Origin: Paragordius varius
Taxonomy: Eukaryota > Animalia > Nematomorpha
NCBI GenBank assembly: GCA_964247055.1
Contig: OZ176055.1
Coordinates: 4,154,001 to 4,218,000 of the forward strand
DNA: 64,000 bases
Direction of reading: 5' to 3'
The translations under genes and the position numbers were made by a program. The notes under the pieces are model-generated. The model did not search any database and was not told where the DNA came from. It worked only from the letters and a program-made list of their open reading frames with translations. Below, one piece after another: positions 26,739 through 40,903 of the stretch; position 1 is the first letter of the stretch; each line of letters starts with the position of its first letter.

Positions 26739-27258
26739 TTAATAAGCTTTCAAGTTACATTTCAACAAAAATTTGATATATTTTGTATTAGCTGTTCGTT
26801 TCAAACGTGTTATGGGGCCCCAATTTCAGACTCTAGAAGTCACACTGTAAAAAATATAGGTTTTATCTAATACATAGAAAAACTTTGATAATGTAATTTT
26901 AACTAAACTAAATTATAGTTTATTTACAAAGTAGAGCTCTGGAGTATATAATTACCATACTATGTAAACTAGGACAATAATGTAAAAGGGAATCAAGTGT
27001 TAATAAATGTATGGGCATATACTTTCTTATTTCGGTAATACCTACAACCACTAATGATTTGAAATAATCTCACTACTTGAGCGAAAAGTGGCTTCATTTT
27101 GAGGATAAAGTACAAATTATATTTGAATTAGGTTGCGAAAATATTTTACAATTTCACTTATAAAATTTTTTTATTAAGCGACTATTTATTCTGTTTGTAG
27201 CCTAATGTAATTATATTATTACTATTTGGGGGATTTTTGTACCTCAGTGCAATTTTAA

Positions 27259-27975
27259 CACTTCGATTTAACTAGGGTATCTAGAGACCATAGTTTATAA
27301 TCAAGTTGATAATTTTTATGTTCTAATAAAAACTTTATAAATAGACAGAAATATCTAAAAATTTAGTTTTGAATAAAAAGTTTCATATCAAATCGACGCC
27401 ATTATTATACAACATTTTTGCAAAATATCGTATAAATTTTTCATTTAATACTTGGATGCAACACATTCATTTTAGTTCTTCGATTCAAATTGGAGAAGTT
27501 GGATACCCCAGGGTTTAAAAGGAAATAATTCAAAAAATATGGAATGATTTAAAACTATGGCAAAAATTTGCACATTTATAACATTAATGAACCGAAATAT
27601 ATAAAAAATTTCATTCATCAAGGTAAAAATTTAGTCAAGATGCCATGGTGCATTAGCTAAATATAAAATTTAAATAAAATAAACCACTTTTTCTGTTTCT
27701 ATCAATGTTAGATGTGATATAAATAAAAAATAGCTTTTATTTTAGCAAAATCAAATAAACATATTTGCAAAAATGTTTTAAAATAAAAGTGGCGTCGAAG
27801 TAGTTTGATCTGAAACTTTTTTTTCAAAATTAAATTTTATTTAGATATTTCACTTATTTATATAATTTTATTATGATAGAAGCATAAATTTAAATTGGCG
27901 TTTCTTTCAGTAGTATTTAAAATGTAAACTTAAATATTGTCTGGGTATTTAGATACCCCAATTTGAATCGAAGTG
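27259..27975. mobile_element. Partial copy (27259-27446) abutting a full reverse copy (27451-27975) of the piggyBac-like MITE
   Basis: TTAA|CACTTCGATT at 27255, then TTAA|TACTTGGATG at 27447 running to TTGAATCGAAGTG|TTAA at 27976-27979. Confidence 0.75.
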
Positions 27976-28815
27976 TTAAGTGATATCCTCATATCGGCTT
28001 ACTTTTATATGAATCCATAAAATAAGTAATATTAAGTTTTTTTTAATAATTATTTTTTTGGCTTTTGCAATGATTTAAATTTGTTCCCTATTTTTGAAAA
28101 TACAATTTTAAAGAGGCCTGTAATTCCGAAAAAACCCAATTTTAATTAGACTGAAATGAATATGTTGTATCCAAGTGTGTTAACACTCCTTTACATTTTG
28201 GGGTAGTTTCATATCCCAGTGTGATTTGATATTTGAATATCCTAAAAAGTATATAATGTATTAAGCCGAATTTAAAAATAGGCTTTGTTTAGTTAGGCGC
28301 ATTATAAAAAAAATTTTTAAATAGTGAAAATTGTAAAAAATTATTTCAAACATTTTACCACCATTTTCTTTTCAAAATATTTTAAATTGACAATGCAACA
28401 GGCAAATAAATGTAAATTATGGTTAGAAAATAAAATAATTAGATTTAGGAAGGTTTCAGGCGAGATTTATGGCTTTTATTTATATAACCTATTGGTTTCA
28501 ATCGTGTTTTGGAGTTGTCCCAATTTTAAACTCTAGTCATAAAACCGTAAAAAATATAATTTATACATGAAACTAGTTATAATTAAATTTAACTAAAATT
28601 TCAAACTGTTGTTTATTTAATAATTGAGCTCAGGGATATAAAACTTAAAAGGTAAGGTAGGACAAAAAATTGAAAAGTTAATGAAATTTATTTCATTTAA
28701 CCGGTACAATAATTGTTCAACATTTGGTTTAATATTTTAATTTGATTGGAATAGAGGATATTTTGATTGGATGCTCCACTATAAATGTAAATAAAAATTG
28801 GATTAGGACATTTAT

Positions 28816-29949
28816 ATGGAAGCTTTGGGAAAATCTTCCCATTCCTTATTAGCAAGATCTATTGCTCCCAAAATGAAATATGAAAATCCAGATCAAACTC
28901 TAATCAGTATTATTTTCTATCATAAATTGAAATTTATATTTCACTTACACGCTTCATTCTTATTATGTTTACATTATAGAAACTTCCCGTTTGCCTATAA
29001 CCTTAAATCCCAATCCCAATAATCAAAAAGTGTTTTCCTATCAATATGATATGGTGTCTGTTTTTTCGATTCAAGGGAAACGAAACACCATGGAGGATAA
29101 ATTTAGGGTTGTTCAACAAAAATCTCCATACAACATTCTCATATTTGGTGTTTTTGATGGCCACGGTGGATCTGTAAGTTTCAATATTTTAATAAATGAT
29201 TTTCATTGATACAAAAAATTTTTAGTTTGCTGTTGAATACGTCGAATCTAACCTTGTCCCAAACATTCTCAATTCCATAAACTTGCATCTAAGAAATATT
29301 TTAAGCCATTCTATTACCCATTCTAATAGTCATATACCACACCCTCATAATTCAAATAATACAATTTTAATATCCAATCTCATGTCGTCCCAAGAAATAT
29401 CTACCATGTTTCACAAAATTTTAACGCAAGAAATATTAAATTTAGATAAAGCTCTTCTTCAAAGGGCCGATGCCATGAATAATAATTCAGGTAATATACT
29501 TATGTTCAATATTTGAGTCATGCATAAATTTCTTGAATAAATTTACTTGTATGCTAAATAATTGTATATTTATTTATGATTTGCGACGCGTACCAAAAAT
29601 TAAAAAAAATAATTTGTTTAAGGAGTTTCACTAAAAAAAATTTTTAAATTCAATACACAAGTTTGATTTCGTTGCCATTATATTAATTAATTAATTGAGT
29701 ATCATTGACTTTAATTTTAATTATCAATTTATATTTAAATATTTTATAAAATTAAATAATTATCGTCTTGGCCCTTGTTATTATTCATAACTTTAAAGAT
29801 CATTGGAAATGGATCGATTGAACATTATTATTAAGATAAGGAAATCTGTTTTTTGTCTATTTCCTTGCTGTCTTACTATATACCTCTATATGTCCCTAAT
29901 ATATGTGTATATATAACTATTATTAGATTAGTCATGCATACCATTTAAA

Positions 29950-30015
<66 letters not shown>

Positions 30016-32000
30016 TATTTTTTATATGTTTGTTTAGCTGGCAATTAATTTTTAGGTATATGTTTTATTTCATCTATTACATAATGTGAGACTTTTTGTC
30101 CAATTTTGTTATATAAGTGTATCAGGTAGTTTTTAAAAGATTAATCATGTGATTTGTAATATTTTACGATATTTTTTTTCAAAAATTGTTTATGTATACA
30201 TAAAACTATATTGACAAGGTAATATAAATTCTTATTTTTATTATATATCAATATTAAAGACGTAATTGATCTTTTATATTGTGTGACAATATAATAATGA
30301 GTTTTATTAAATAATTGTCCAAAATAATATTATATCAACGATAAATTATTTATCAATCTATTTTCTACCTTGAAAGAAGAGAGCTAAGACTAGATTAAAA
30401 TTTTTGTGCAAAATTTATATTATATATATAATAAAGTAAAATTATCCGCTCTAAAATCAATAAATTTATTCACAGTTATATATTATTTTATTATGTTGGT
30501 TGTTGTAATCTTAAATTTAAAAATATTGTGTAAGTTAGTTTTATTTTACTTTAATATAATATATCAATATAAATATTTATTGTATTTATATATAATCAAA
30601 AGTTTCAATGTTAAACATATGTACATACATTTAATTAAAAATGTTAAAAATCTCACGTTTTGTGATGTATATTGATTGGTATTTGATAAGATAGACAAAC
30701 TTTATATTATAAAAAACGTTAAAATTTATTTTATAATTAAATATAGAAAATTTATTAAGTCAAAGTTTAAGCTTTTATAAATTGCAATTTCATAAAGTTG
30801 ATTTTTAAAAGGTCAACCCTTTACCTCATATTATGAATCCAATACTATTGGCTCTATAGCTAAGATATAGGGGTCAACTTTAAAACTCATTGTTAAAAAT
30901 GGCTCTGTAACTTAGACTTCTTCACATATTTACGCCTTTGTAGTGAATAAATGTTTTTTATATCAAAATATTTTGTTATAAACCTAAAAAAACTTAAGAC
31001 TCCAAATTAATGACATTTTGAATTAATTCACCATATTATATGTGTTTTTGGCCTAAATTTTATTACTCTATATTGTTTTGTATGACAATATATATTTAGG
31101 TACGACATGTTTGATTGGAATAATTTTTGAACAATATTTGATTCTTGCTAACTCTGGCGATTGTCGAGCCATAATGTATGATTCCAAGGGTCGAACACTT
31201 CAATTAACTGTTGACCATAAACCTCAAAGTGTATGTGCTTACAAAATATATTAATAAATATATAACGTGAAATTTACCGTTTTTGAATAAAAATATTTTT
31301 TTTCTATTAAAAATATGCAAATATAAATGTTTTTCAATTATATTCAACCACTGCATACATGTTTAATTCAAATGTGAAAGATTTTAATATCATTAATTAC
31401 AATAGCTAAATACTATGCTGTTGTTTAAAATTACACATAAAATTACCATCGTTTTTATTATAAACCGCCAAAAAATTTGAAATCTGGAAAACCTTAGTAA
31501 AAAAGCTAATATTCATTATCATATTTTATTCAGGATGATACTTATTTCAAAAAAGTTTAATAAATTGAAAATACATTATAACTTGAACATTAATCAGATT
31601 AAATAAGAGAAACACCGAAATGAGCGTTTAATTTAAAATTGATTATACACATTATATGTGATGTTTTTTGCAATAAAGACCATTTAATAAATTAAATATT
31701 AATTTAATTATCTCAATCTACGGTTGCAAAATTCTCTTTGCTAATTTAGCTTATACTATTATTTAATTATTAAATGCGCATATTCACAATTTAATTTATT
31801 TTTGTACTATGTAAGTTAAAAAAGGGATTTATTTGACTTATTTCGCGGTTAATTCGTTTTTTTCACGAAAAATTGTTTATGTATTTTTGTCAAACAAAAA
31901 TAAATAGCATAGTCGTAAATTAAGAACTTAAAAACAGGGTAAAGTATTGGATCACAAAAATATTTTTAAAAAATATTTTAAAATTCGACAATTCAAACTA

Positions 32001-32032
<32 letters not shown>

Positions 32033-33862
32033 GTTTTCAATTAAAATTAAAAAAACCGCCAGTTGATATGCACAAATAGTGTTGCACAAAAAAATTAAAA
32101 AATATTTGCAAAAAAATTGAGTTAATTCGTTGCAATAATAATCCGCACAAAAAATCACTTTTAAAGTACACTCAATTAAAGCTTAATTTCATATTGTTAT
32201 TAATTTAAAATACGTAATCCTATCATCAATACCGCACGCATAAAAAAGGTTTTTGACTGTAGATTGTTGGCAAATTTAACTTTTGTTTTGTTTTTTCCAT
32301 TATTTTAGGCACCTGAACGTGAAAGAATACGGAAAGCGGGTGGTTTTGTAACCCTGAGCCCGGCTGGCATTTGGCGTTTAAATGGAATCCTTTCAGTTTC
32401 TCGTGGGTTTGGTGATTTGGCCCTTAAGCGTTACAATAATGTAATTACAGCCAGGCCTGATATACATATTTATCCAATTCATAATTATCATGTTGAGTCA
32501 GGAGGAGGACACTATAAAACAGATAATGAAAAGACCAAACAATTTGGTATGTTTTAAGATTTATATGCTGTCGTTTTAAGACGTATACTAATTTATAAAT
32601 GCGTTTTTTAATTCAAACTCAATGAGGATTGGTGAAAATAAAGTTCCATATAATTATTTTCATACAAATATACTATTCATATTGCTTAATTTTTTTGCTA
32701 ATTTTAATTTTAATTTATCACGAATATAATAAATCACTATATAGTTTTAATTAAATTTTTATTATAATTATATAATTACAATAAAAGTCGCGCAAATGTA
32801 TTAAATATAGGTAAAATCTGACACTTAAAACTTTAATTAGTATTATGCATGCTTTTCTTTAAAAAACTTTAGGAATTAATTCAACGAAAAAAAATTCAAA
32901 TGAAGATATTTTGGCATTAACCCCAAAATTTTTGGTTTTGGCCACTGATGGTCTTTGGAATGCCATGACAAATTTGGAAGTTTCTGAATTCCTTATGATG
33001 ACAAAATTACCCCCAACTACTTTGGGTATAAATTTTTATTTATATAAAATTCGAATCCCGTGTGCATCCAATTTATTTTAATTCTCGTGATTAATTTAGA
33101 TATCAACTCTACACAAATGTTATTCTTATATTTGATATAACAATTTAATGAATGGTTCATATATATATATATATAATGGTCATAGAACCGTAAATTTTTT
33201 GCACCATATTTTATTTATTTAACATTAAAAGTGTTTAGTGTAACAACGCGAATGTAGGAATCACAAGTTTATATTCTCTCTCTATTTCGTTTTCTCTATT
33301 TCTGCGGAATTGCGTAAGGTGTTTTTTATGCAATGTTAAAATTACCGTTTCTTTTAATTATGTGTTCACTTATTAATTAAAGGTTAGTTTTCATTTATAT
33401 ACCTTTTTTAAATTAATTTTGAAGGTGCATGCGGTTGGTTCTGGGAACTGTAATAAATTAATTATATTTTGCCTTTGACACATTATTTTACGGAGATCTA
33501 TCTTTAAAATATAAAGTAATATTTAACACAAAAACTGAAAATATCATGTGATATATGTTTCATCTATTTACTATTTTTAACAGTTAAATTTTTGTTACGA
33601 GTTTGTATTGTACCAAACATTATCACAATTGCGTAAAATTCCATGTAACAAAATCATGTATTCCGTTTTCTTAGGCGTAACCTCAACAACCGCAGTCCAT
33701 AATAAAACTCCTTTAGCGTCATTATTGCCTTTGATTGAAAGAGAAAGTGATTTTGGAGCGAGGGCGCTCTCTTTACATGCCCTTCGCCTCGGTTCTACCG
33801 ATAACGTTACCGTTTTAGTAGTTAAATTTCCTCCACAAGAAAAATATCACCCAATATGGTAA
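28816..33862 (+). CDS. PP2C (PPM) family Ser/Thr phosphatase, PPM1L-like; 7 core exons, 419 aa short form
   Basis: Exons 28816-28906, 28980-29173, 29226-29490, 31100-31230, 32309-32546, 32873-33025, 33675-33862 are phase-consistent. Motifs: [89 protein letters not shown]. All metal-binding acidic residues are present. The terminal helix [21 protein letters not shown] resembles PPM1L. The start exon is tentative. Confidence 0.9.
29955..30011. repeat. (TA)n microsatellite in PP2C intron 3
   Basis: Uninterrupted TA run. Shorter runs occur at about 24175-24202, 40865-40897, 48705-48730 and 56303-56343. Confidence 0.95.
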
Positions 33863-34197
33863 TTACACGGATTTTCATATTACTATTTCGTTGGTTTGAT
33901 TTGATGGTATTTTTAACACTGCAATCAAAAAGAGAAATGAACCGAAATGATAATACAAAGTGATGTGTACACTTTATATTATCAATCTCATTAACACTGC
34001 TTGTCACACTTATTAGTATAATACAAATTTTTGAAACATCCCAACTCAATTGTTTTTTACTTGATATTAGTTTTCTATATCATTTTATGTTTGAAGTTTA
34101 ATATTTCGCGTTTATTTTCGTTTAATTTACTATTATATTAATACGGAATTTCGAATTATAGTTTATGTATTATATCATACAATGAATGTTTATTTAG

Positions 34198-36329
34198 TGA
34201 AACAAATTATGAGAAAACAATACCCAATGTTTCCTCACCTACTCGAATAGATAATTCACTTGCAAAAAGTTATAAAAATGCAGAATTAAACAAAAACATA
34301 GGCATTGAACCAAAATATATAGGTCGGGTGTCTTTTCGACGTAATCGACAAGGCTCCTTACATTATTTTAATAAAATTGGAGATACTATTCATTACATTC
34401 CAAACAAGGATAAATATCTTTACACTAATAATGCATTTAATCCTGTTTTATTAACCTCTGAGGTTAAAAAATCAATTACTCCCGCTAAAAATCTTGTAAT
34501 AAGCTCCACCGAAAATAGGCAGGGTAATATTAATAACACACTTTTTCAACAAACGGATGCGAAGTTCGGGGAACTCTCAGTATTAGATCAAGGTAGTAAT
34601 GAAGAATTAAGAAAGTTTCAACCACAATACAAACAGCAATCTCAAAAATTGGGCAATGCGACACAAAAACATATGTTTTACCATGATAAAGGTATCTATG
34701 CATTATTGTAGTTATGCCCTTAAATATATATATAGTTAATTATAAAAATATATTTATTTTGGTAAATTTAAATGACAAACATAGATAAAACAATTATGAT
34801 ATCCCCATCGCTCGTTTCAACCAACGAACCTCACACAAAGGCAGACAATTTAATTTCTATAACTTCTCATGAAAATGCAAATAATGCCAAAATGGTAATA
34901 TTTTAATTGATTAATGTAAGGATATTTGCTCTATTTTTTTTTCGTAAAAATAGCTAAATTAAACAGGTTTGGCTATATTATTCAGTTGAGGAGTTAATAT
35001 ACAATTAAATTTTATTTCTCTGAAATATTTATTTGTTACGAGGTCATACTTTATTTATTCCATATTTGCTTTTTTACAGTTGATATAATTATTATTTACA
35101 AAAATATTTAACACGTTATTTTATTGCGAATTAATCATAAGTTACAATCACAAACACCATCAATGTACACGGAAACTGTTAAAAGAAGACCTCTTTTGCT
35201 TACAGGGCGGAGTTTTACCCCACCGCTTCTATACAAAACTCCATCCTCTATCCCTAAAATTATTACAAATATTAATAATAAATCAATTACCCCGAATAAT
35301 ACCAACAGGGCGGAAACTCAAATCGTTGATAAAAATAATGGCTTATATCGATCGAGAAGCAAATTGGCTCAAAAGAATTTTGAGACCACACTTTCCCCTT
35401 TAATACAATATGGAGAAAATGTTTTTTATACCGGAAAAAACTTAATAACCAATGATGATCAAGAAGGTAAAATTTATAATATTTAAATACAAAAAATTGA
35501 ACAATAAACCGGGAATTTTGTAAATTCCAATAAATTGTTTGGATAAAATTATAAATTATATATTATAAAAAGTTTATAAATGATTTTACTATGAATTAAA
35601 ACTTTATCCAACATTCTAGTTAAATAAGAAAAGTATTTTATTACAAAAATATAATCATTATAACCCTTTTACGTTCTTATAGTTTTATTTATTATTATAA
35701 CCTTATTTTTTCTGAGTTATTCATGTGCTCAAAATCATGTATAAATGACAGCACATGCTTATTGTATTAATTTTAACTGCTAATTTTTTTATATCAATAA
35801 CTACTATCAAAAGCCCGAAATTCGACAAAAAAATTATACTATAGTTTTTAATAACATTATTTGTTTTTTTTGTAAAATATTGTAATATATCCATTTTTTA
35901 TGGTTTTATTTTTCCGATATTTTAGGATATGATGCAAATAGGCTAACATCTTCTCGAACCACCCCAGCAAGTAAAAAAGGTAATCTTTATACTCAAAACG
36001 CTGATACGAAACAGGGTTTATCCGCTGACCAAAGTGTGAAAAGTAAAAATGATTATGGCTATTCTCAAGAAAGAAAAAACAATTCGAATACTATAGTTAT
36101 ACCCATACAAATTGAACATCGAAACCCACAATTAAAACTTACAGAAACTGAAACTAATCGATGTGATTTGGTATACATTTAAATATCAACGATAACTTTT
36201 TATTAATATAAGCTATTTTGAAGAATCATTATTGAATGTAATTAAATTTACCTTTAGATAAAGCAACGTTCAAAAACTCATGCTGACACGCAACCCAAAT
36301 ATTGTATATCAACATATAACATGATTTGA
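34198..36329 (+). CDS. Five further exons (about 415 aa, low-complexity S/T/N/K-rich), probably a C-terminal extension of the PP2C gene
   Basis: Exons 34198-34691, 34785-34894, 35142-35466, 35926-36170, 36258-36329 chain with GT-AG sites and consistent phases (2,1,0,1,0). The entry phase matches a GTAATT donor at 33859 inside the last PP2C codon. No recognisable domain. The last exon is uncertain. Confidence 0.6.
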
Positions 36330-37191
36330 CAAAAATCAACGGTAAAATTTTCCACATAAAAATCATGACTAAAAAGCTGGAGCAAAATATTTTCGAAGTT
36401 AAAATGTGCAAAAATGCCATCAAAACATCTAGTCACGACTTATATTACACAAGGTATTATAATCTTTATAATCTAAATTTGAATGGATATAAGGCAATGG
36501 ATCGTTTATCCTAGTCAACAATGCACAAGAAAATACATACTATAAGAAACCTTTGATAAAATAATGCTCAGGTTAATAATTTTTTGAGTCAATCCCCCTC
36601 ATTTATGTGTCCGGTGTTAAAAATGTTAGATTTTTAAAAAAAATTTCAACCATAATATATAAAAATATTTATATCCTTTCATTAACTTCAATGCAATTAT
36701 ACTATTAAAGTTCCATTCTTATATCAATTTTGCCGATACAATTATAAAAAATTTAAAGAGCCATATTTATTATCATGTACAAATATTTAAAGATAGATTA
36801 GTTAAAAATTGGAAAAAATTATATAAACAACAAATTATTTATATTATTTTATTTACCACATTAGTTTGATGTGATACTTAAATTATATATAACGCTTCCG
36901 ATTTACTTAAATTAATAATTTATTAAAAATGTATAGAGAAAAATTGCATATTATTTAACACCAGCATATTATACATAAAATATGTATCCATGTATATTTA
37001 TTATGTTAATTTAAATCAAATGTTTTGTTTATATCCATAAATACAATAAACCTTTCCTTAAATTTTATTCTCATAAATTATATGATGGCCCAATTAGGTA
37101 TAATAATAGATAAATCCCATCTTATTTGATCAAAACAAACAAAATCGGGTTAATATAGGGATGATAAAAATTAAAGGGTTATTTTGGCTTT

Positions 37192-38282
37192 TACCAGGTG
37201 TAGTTATAAGTTTATCTGTTTTTTGTTAAAATATATTGAAAAGAAATCAATTATTAATTTTATTCAAGTATTGTACCGGCTTCAAAACATTTCGCCCATC
37301 TTCTGATAATGTATAACCGTACCAGAAAAATTTATCGACTTTAAGCCATTTTACAACTTAATTAAAAGAGTGCTGCTCTGTGAGGGTGTACCCCATATTG
37401 TATTGGCGCCAGGATCAGGAGATTTCATCGGATGCTAAAATATTTCCCATCAAAGCGATTTCAAATGTTTTTCACTGTTTTGCTAAATGAAACGGAGCAT
37501 TGTGTAACAAAATTATTATTGCAGGCCTTATGAATCGTTTTTTGATTTACATGGTTTAAATTAATCACTTGTTGGCGGTAGTAGTGGGTATTAACTGTTT
37601 CACCGGATTGCAAAAGTTCATAAGACACAGTATTGCTCTGGTCTCATCCGACATCATCAGTATGGCATCGTGTTAATGCGTTTTGTCAAGGTAATTGATT
37701 TTTCCGCTTTGTATAAAAAGCCATTTTTCATCAACCTTCCCAATTATGCAAAAACGATTTCCTTTCGTGACATTAAAGTAGGATTTCACAAGTCACTTCG
37801 ATTTGCGATATGACGTTATGTGTGACCCATTTACCGAGTTTGTTAATCTTTCCCATCGCTCGTAGATATCTATTTATTGTTTTTTTGTGATGAATATGCA
37901 TCTGCCAAGGTTTAAATGGTCATCATACGATTATCCATTTTAGCGACTTCGAAGTTGTATGGTCCATCCGAGCGCCCGCTCTCTTCGACATTGAAATGAC
38001 AAATTTTATTTTGAAACCATGTTTCACATGTTTTAATCAATGTTTACCATATGTTTCTACCAGCAAACAATAACTTTCAAGAGCCCTTTTCTTCTGATGG
38101 GAATGCGTATCGCAAAAGTTCATTTTTAGCATATGCGACATGATTACTGAGCTATATAAATAAGACGCTAGTTTTGATATTCAGCTTGTGTGTGTTTGTT
38201 TAATGCCAAAACAAAATGGGGTGTGTATCAAATTAATCGTCTGCGTACTTTTTTCTGACGTCTTCTCTTAGTTAAACCCGTA
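37192..38282 (-). mobile_element. Decayed mariner transposon, Mos1/mauritiana-like transposase
   Basis: Minus-strand fragments in order: LVETYG...KTCETWFQ, RAMGKINKLGKWVTHN (WVPHEL motif), TCEILL..HERKSFLH, DEKWLF, YELLQSGETVNTHYYRQQVINLNH, ILLHNAPFH, WEIL..SPD, FFWYG, QYLE*. The left flank TACCAGGTGTAG resembles the Mos1 end as I recall it. The right end is degenerate and there are many stops and frameshifts. Confidence 0.85.
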
Positions 38283-39392
38283 AATGAAACAGCAATATGT
38301 AAATTAAAATATTACCAAATAAATTTATTAAACTACGGAAAATATATTTGAAAAATTATATGACCCTTATTTTTAACCAAGAGTGTCTAATAAATAAATA
38401 TGGCTTCACAAGTCATATTTTCGATAATGAAACCCCGACGAGACGCATTCGAATAAACTATTAATATATAGATAAAAGCTGATAACATTAATTAAAATAC
38501 AATATAAATTTTCACCAATTTTTGCTATTGCCAAAATTTAAAATTTATTCAAAATTATTTGAAATAATATAAATTCGACTAGGATATTATATATTATAAA
38601 TAGCAATATTTTTGCAACTATGAAATTACTCATTTATTTGGTTTTATTCCAAAATTATCGTGGGAAGTGCTGGACACCTTTGCTTTAAAAAGTCATTGGC
38701 AATTCGTAAAAAATATGTTTAGATGTCGAAATATTGTGCAATTAAATTCTAAAAAATATAATTTGTTATCCAAAAACAATTTTTTCCCTAATGCTACATA
38801 AAAATTAAAAACTATTTTAGAAACATTTATTATTAACATAAAATATTTACAAAGATAATGGACTGTTTTCATTCACAAAAATGTTTGAAACAACCAATAA
38901 GGAAATAAAAATAAGCATAAAATTTTAAATGTTAAGATTCCATACAATGATTCAATCATACAGATTTGACGTAAGAGATTCCATGAGAGAATATTTTTGC
39001 TAAAATTTGTAAAATTATTGTTTTCAATAAAAAATGCATAATAATTTAGGGCTAAAAGGCTAATCCAAATTGTGAACGGACACGATAAGCATAGATAAAG
39101 CGTACGAGGAATGAATCTGTTTTAAAATGTATATGATATTAATAAAAAACCATGAACATAAATGTATTCCGAAACCAAAAATAATATTAATGACTATAGT
39201 TAAGTGTTTGTCAAATTTCTTAAACTAAATATCATTGAAAAGATTAAACAAAAGATTCAATTGTTAAACATTCTTAAAATTGCCCCTACATTCTTTATTA
39301 TACAAAGAAAAATTGAAAATATAATATGCATTTAATTTATAGTTGGGCAATTTGCAAAACAATAGTGTATGGAAAAAACAACCAAATATTAA

Positions 39393-39950
39393 CACTTCGA
39401 TTCAAATTTGGGTATCTAAATACCTCTAAATTTGAGTTAGGATTTTTAAAAAAACTACTGAAGGAAACGGTCCCAATTTAAATTTATGCTTCTATCCTAA
39501 TAAAGATTATATAAATATGCCAAAATATCTTAATAAAATTTTGTTTTGAACAAAAAGTTCCATGGCAAACTACTTCGACGCCATTTTTATTTTACGAAAT
39601 TTTTGGAAAATATCGTCTTCATTTAATTTTAAGGGTAAAATTAAAGCTAATTTTTTATTTAACATTGATAAAAATGAAAAAGCGGTTTATTTTGTATTAT
39701 TTTTCAATTTTACCATTGCACACATGTCATGACAAAATTTTTACCTTTCGGTTTTAGCTTAAAATAAGTAATATCAAGTATTTTTGAATAAAATTTTCTA
39801 TATATACCGTTTAATAATGTTATATAGTGCAAAATTTTGCCATGGGATTCCTTCCATAGTTTTTAAAGAATTTAATTTTAAACAGGCCTGGGGTATTTAA
39901 CTATCCTAATTTAAATCAAAGGACTAAAATGAAAGTGTTGTATCCAAGTG
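39393..39950 (+). mobile_element. piggyBac-like non-autonomous element (558 bp, TTAA TSD)
   Basis: TTAA|CACTTCGATTCAAATTTGGGTA ... TATCCAAGTG|TTAA; colinear with 26155-26738. Confidence 0.85.
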
Positions 39951-40090
39951 TTAAAAAACAATTTTTTCCTTTCTTTTTCCATACACTACTGTGTTGCAGA
40001 TTGCCCAACTAGAGTGTAAAATAAGCAACCATTAAAATGCACACTGTACATGGAAAAAACAAATATAATATACATCTCAATTGATATTAA

Positions 40091-40859
40091 TTAATACCTA
40101 AGTTTCTTTTTTGAACTTTTGTTCTCGACTATGGCATTTTCAACACCATATTTATTAGAGTTTTGCAAATTTTGTTGGAGTGTGGACCAATCTTTTATGG
40201 TAAGATTAAATTGGCTTGCATTGAAAACAATCACATCAAGTGCTATAAATACGGATGTGATATAAGCGAATGAAAAGTTGATTAGTGATATGGCAAACAG
40301 ACCCAAAACTATAGACAAGTTGGCCATTAAACGCACAATCATTTTAAACAATAATTGCGATGCATTATGCACAAAAGTAGTTTGTTCATCATTAGATTCA
40401 AGTGCAAGCGTAATAAAGTGAGATATATATCTTTCATTAATGTAATTAAACAAGAAAACAATCAGTCCCACACAAATCCAAAGTGGTAGGTATAGACTCG
40501 CTAGTGAATGTATTAATTCCATGTTGTCTGGTGATATAATTTCTTTATAACAAGAAGGTGAAAAGGTCTGTGATACGTATTCCGATAATAAAAAACTCAT
40601 ATTATTAATTTGGTGGCTAACAAAACGGTTGATGGAATGATACGGGTTCCATACAATAAAAAATATCATTTTGTATGCTGCGTATCCTGTACAATAAGCC
40701 AGTATGTATCGCAATAAACTTTGTATGACTAGAATCTAATAAATATGTTTATATGAAAATATTTTGTTTTAAATTATGCAATATCAATGGGGAAATTATT
40801 TTTTAAGAAAATGTATATGGAGTTTAAAAATTGTATTGAATCTAAATTAAAAATCAATG

Positions 40860-40903
<44 letters not shown>

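Noticed and set aside
30406-30675. 89-aa Ile/Tyr/Leu/Lys ORF in PP2C intron 3
   Set aside because: Nearly pure A/T codons, so a chance ORF.
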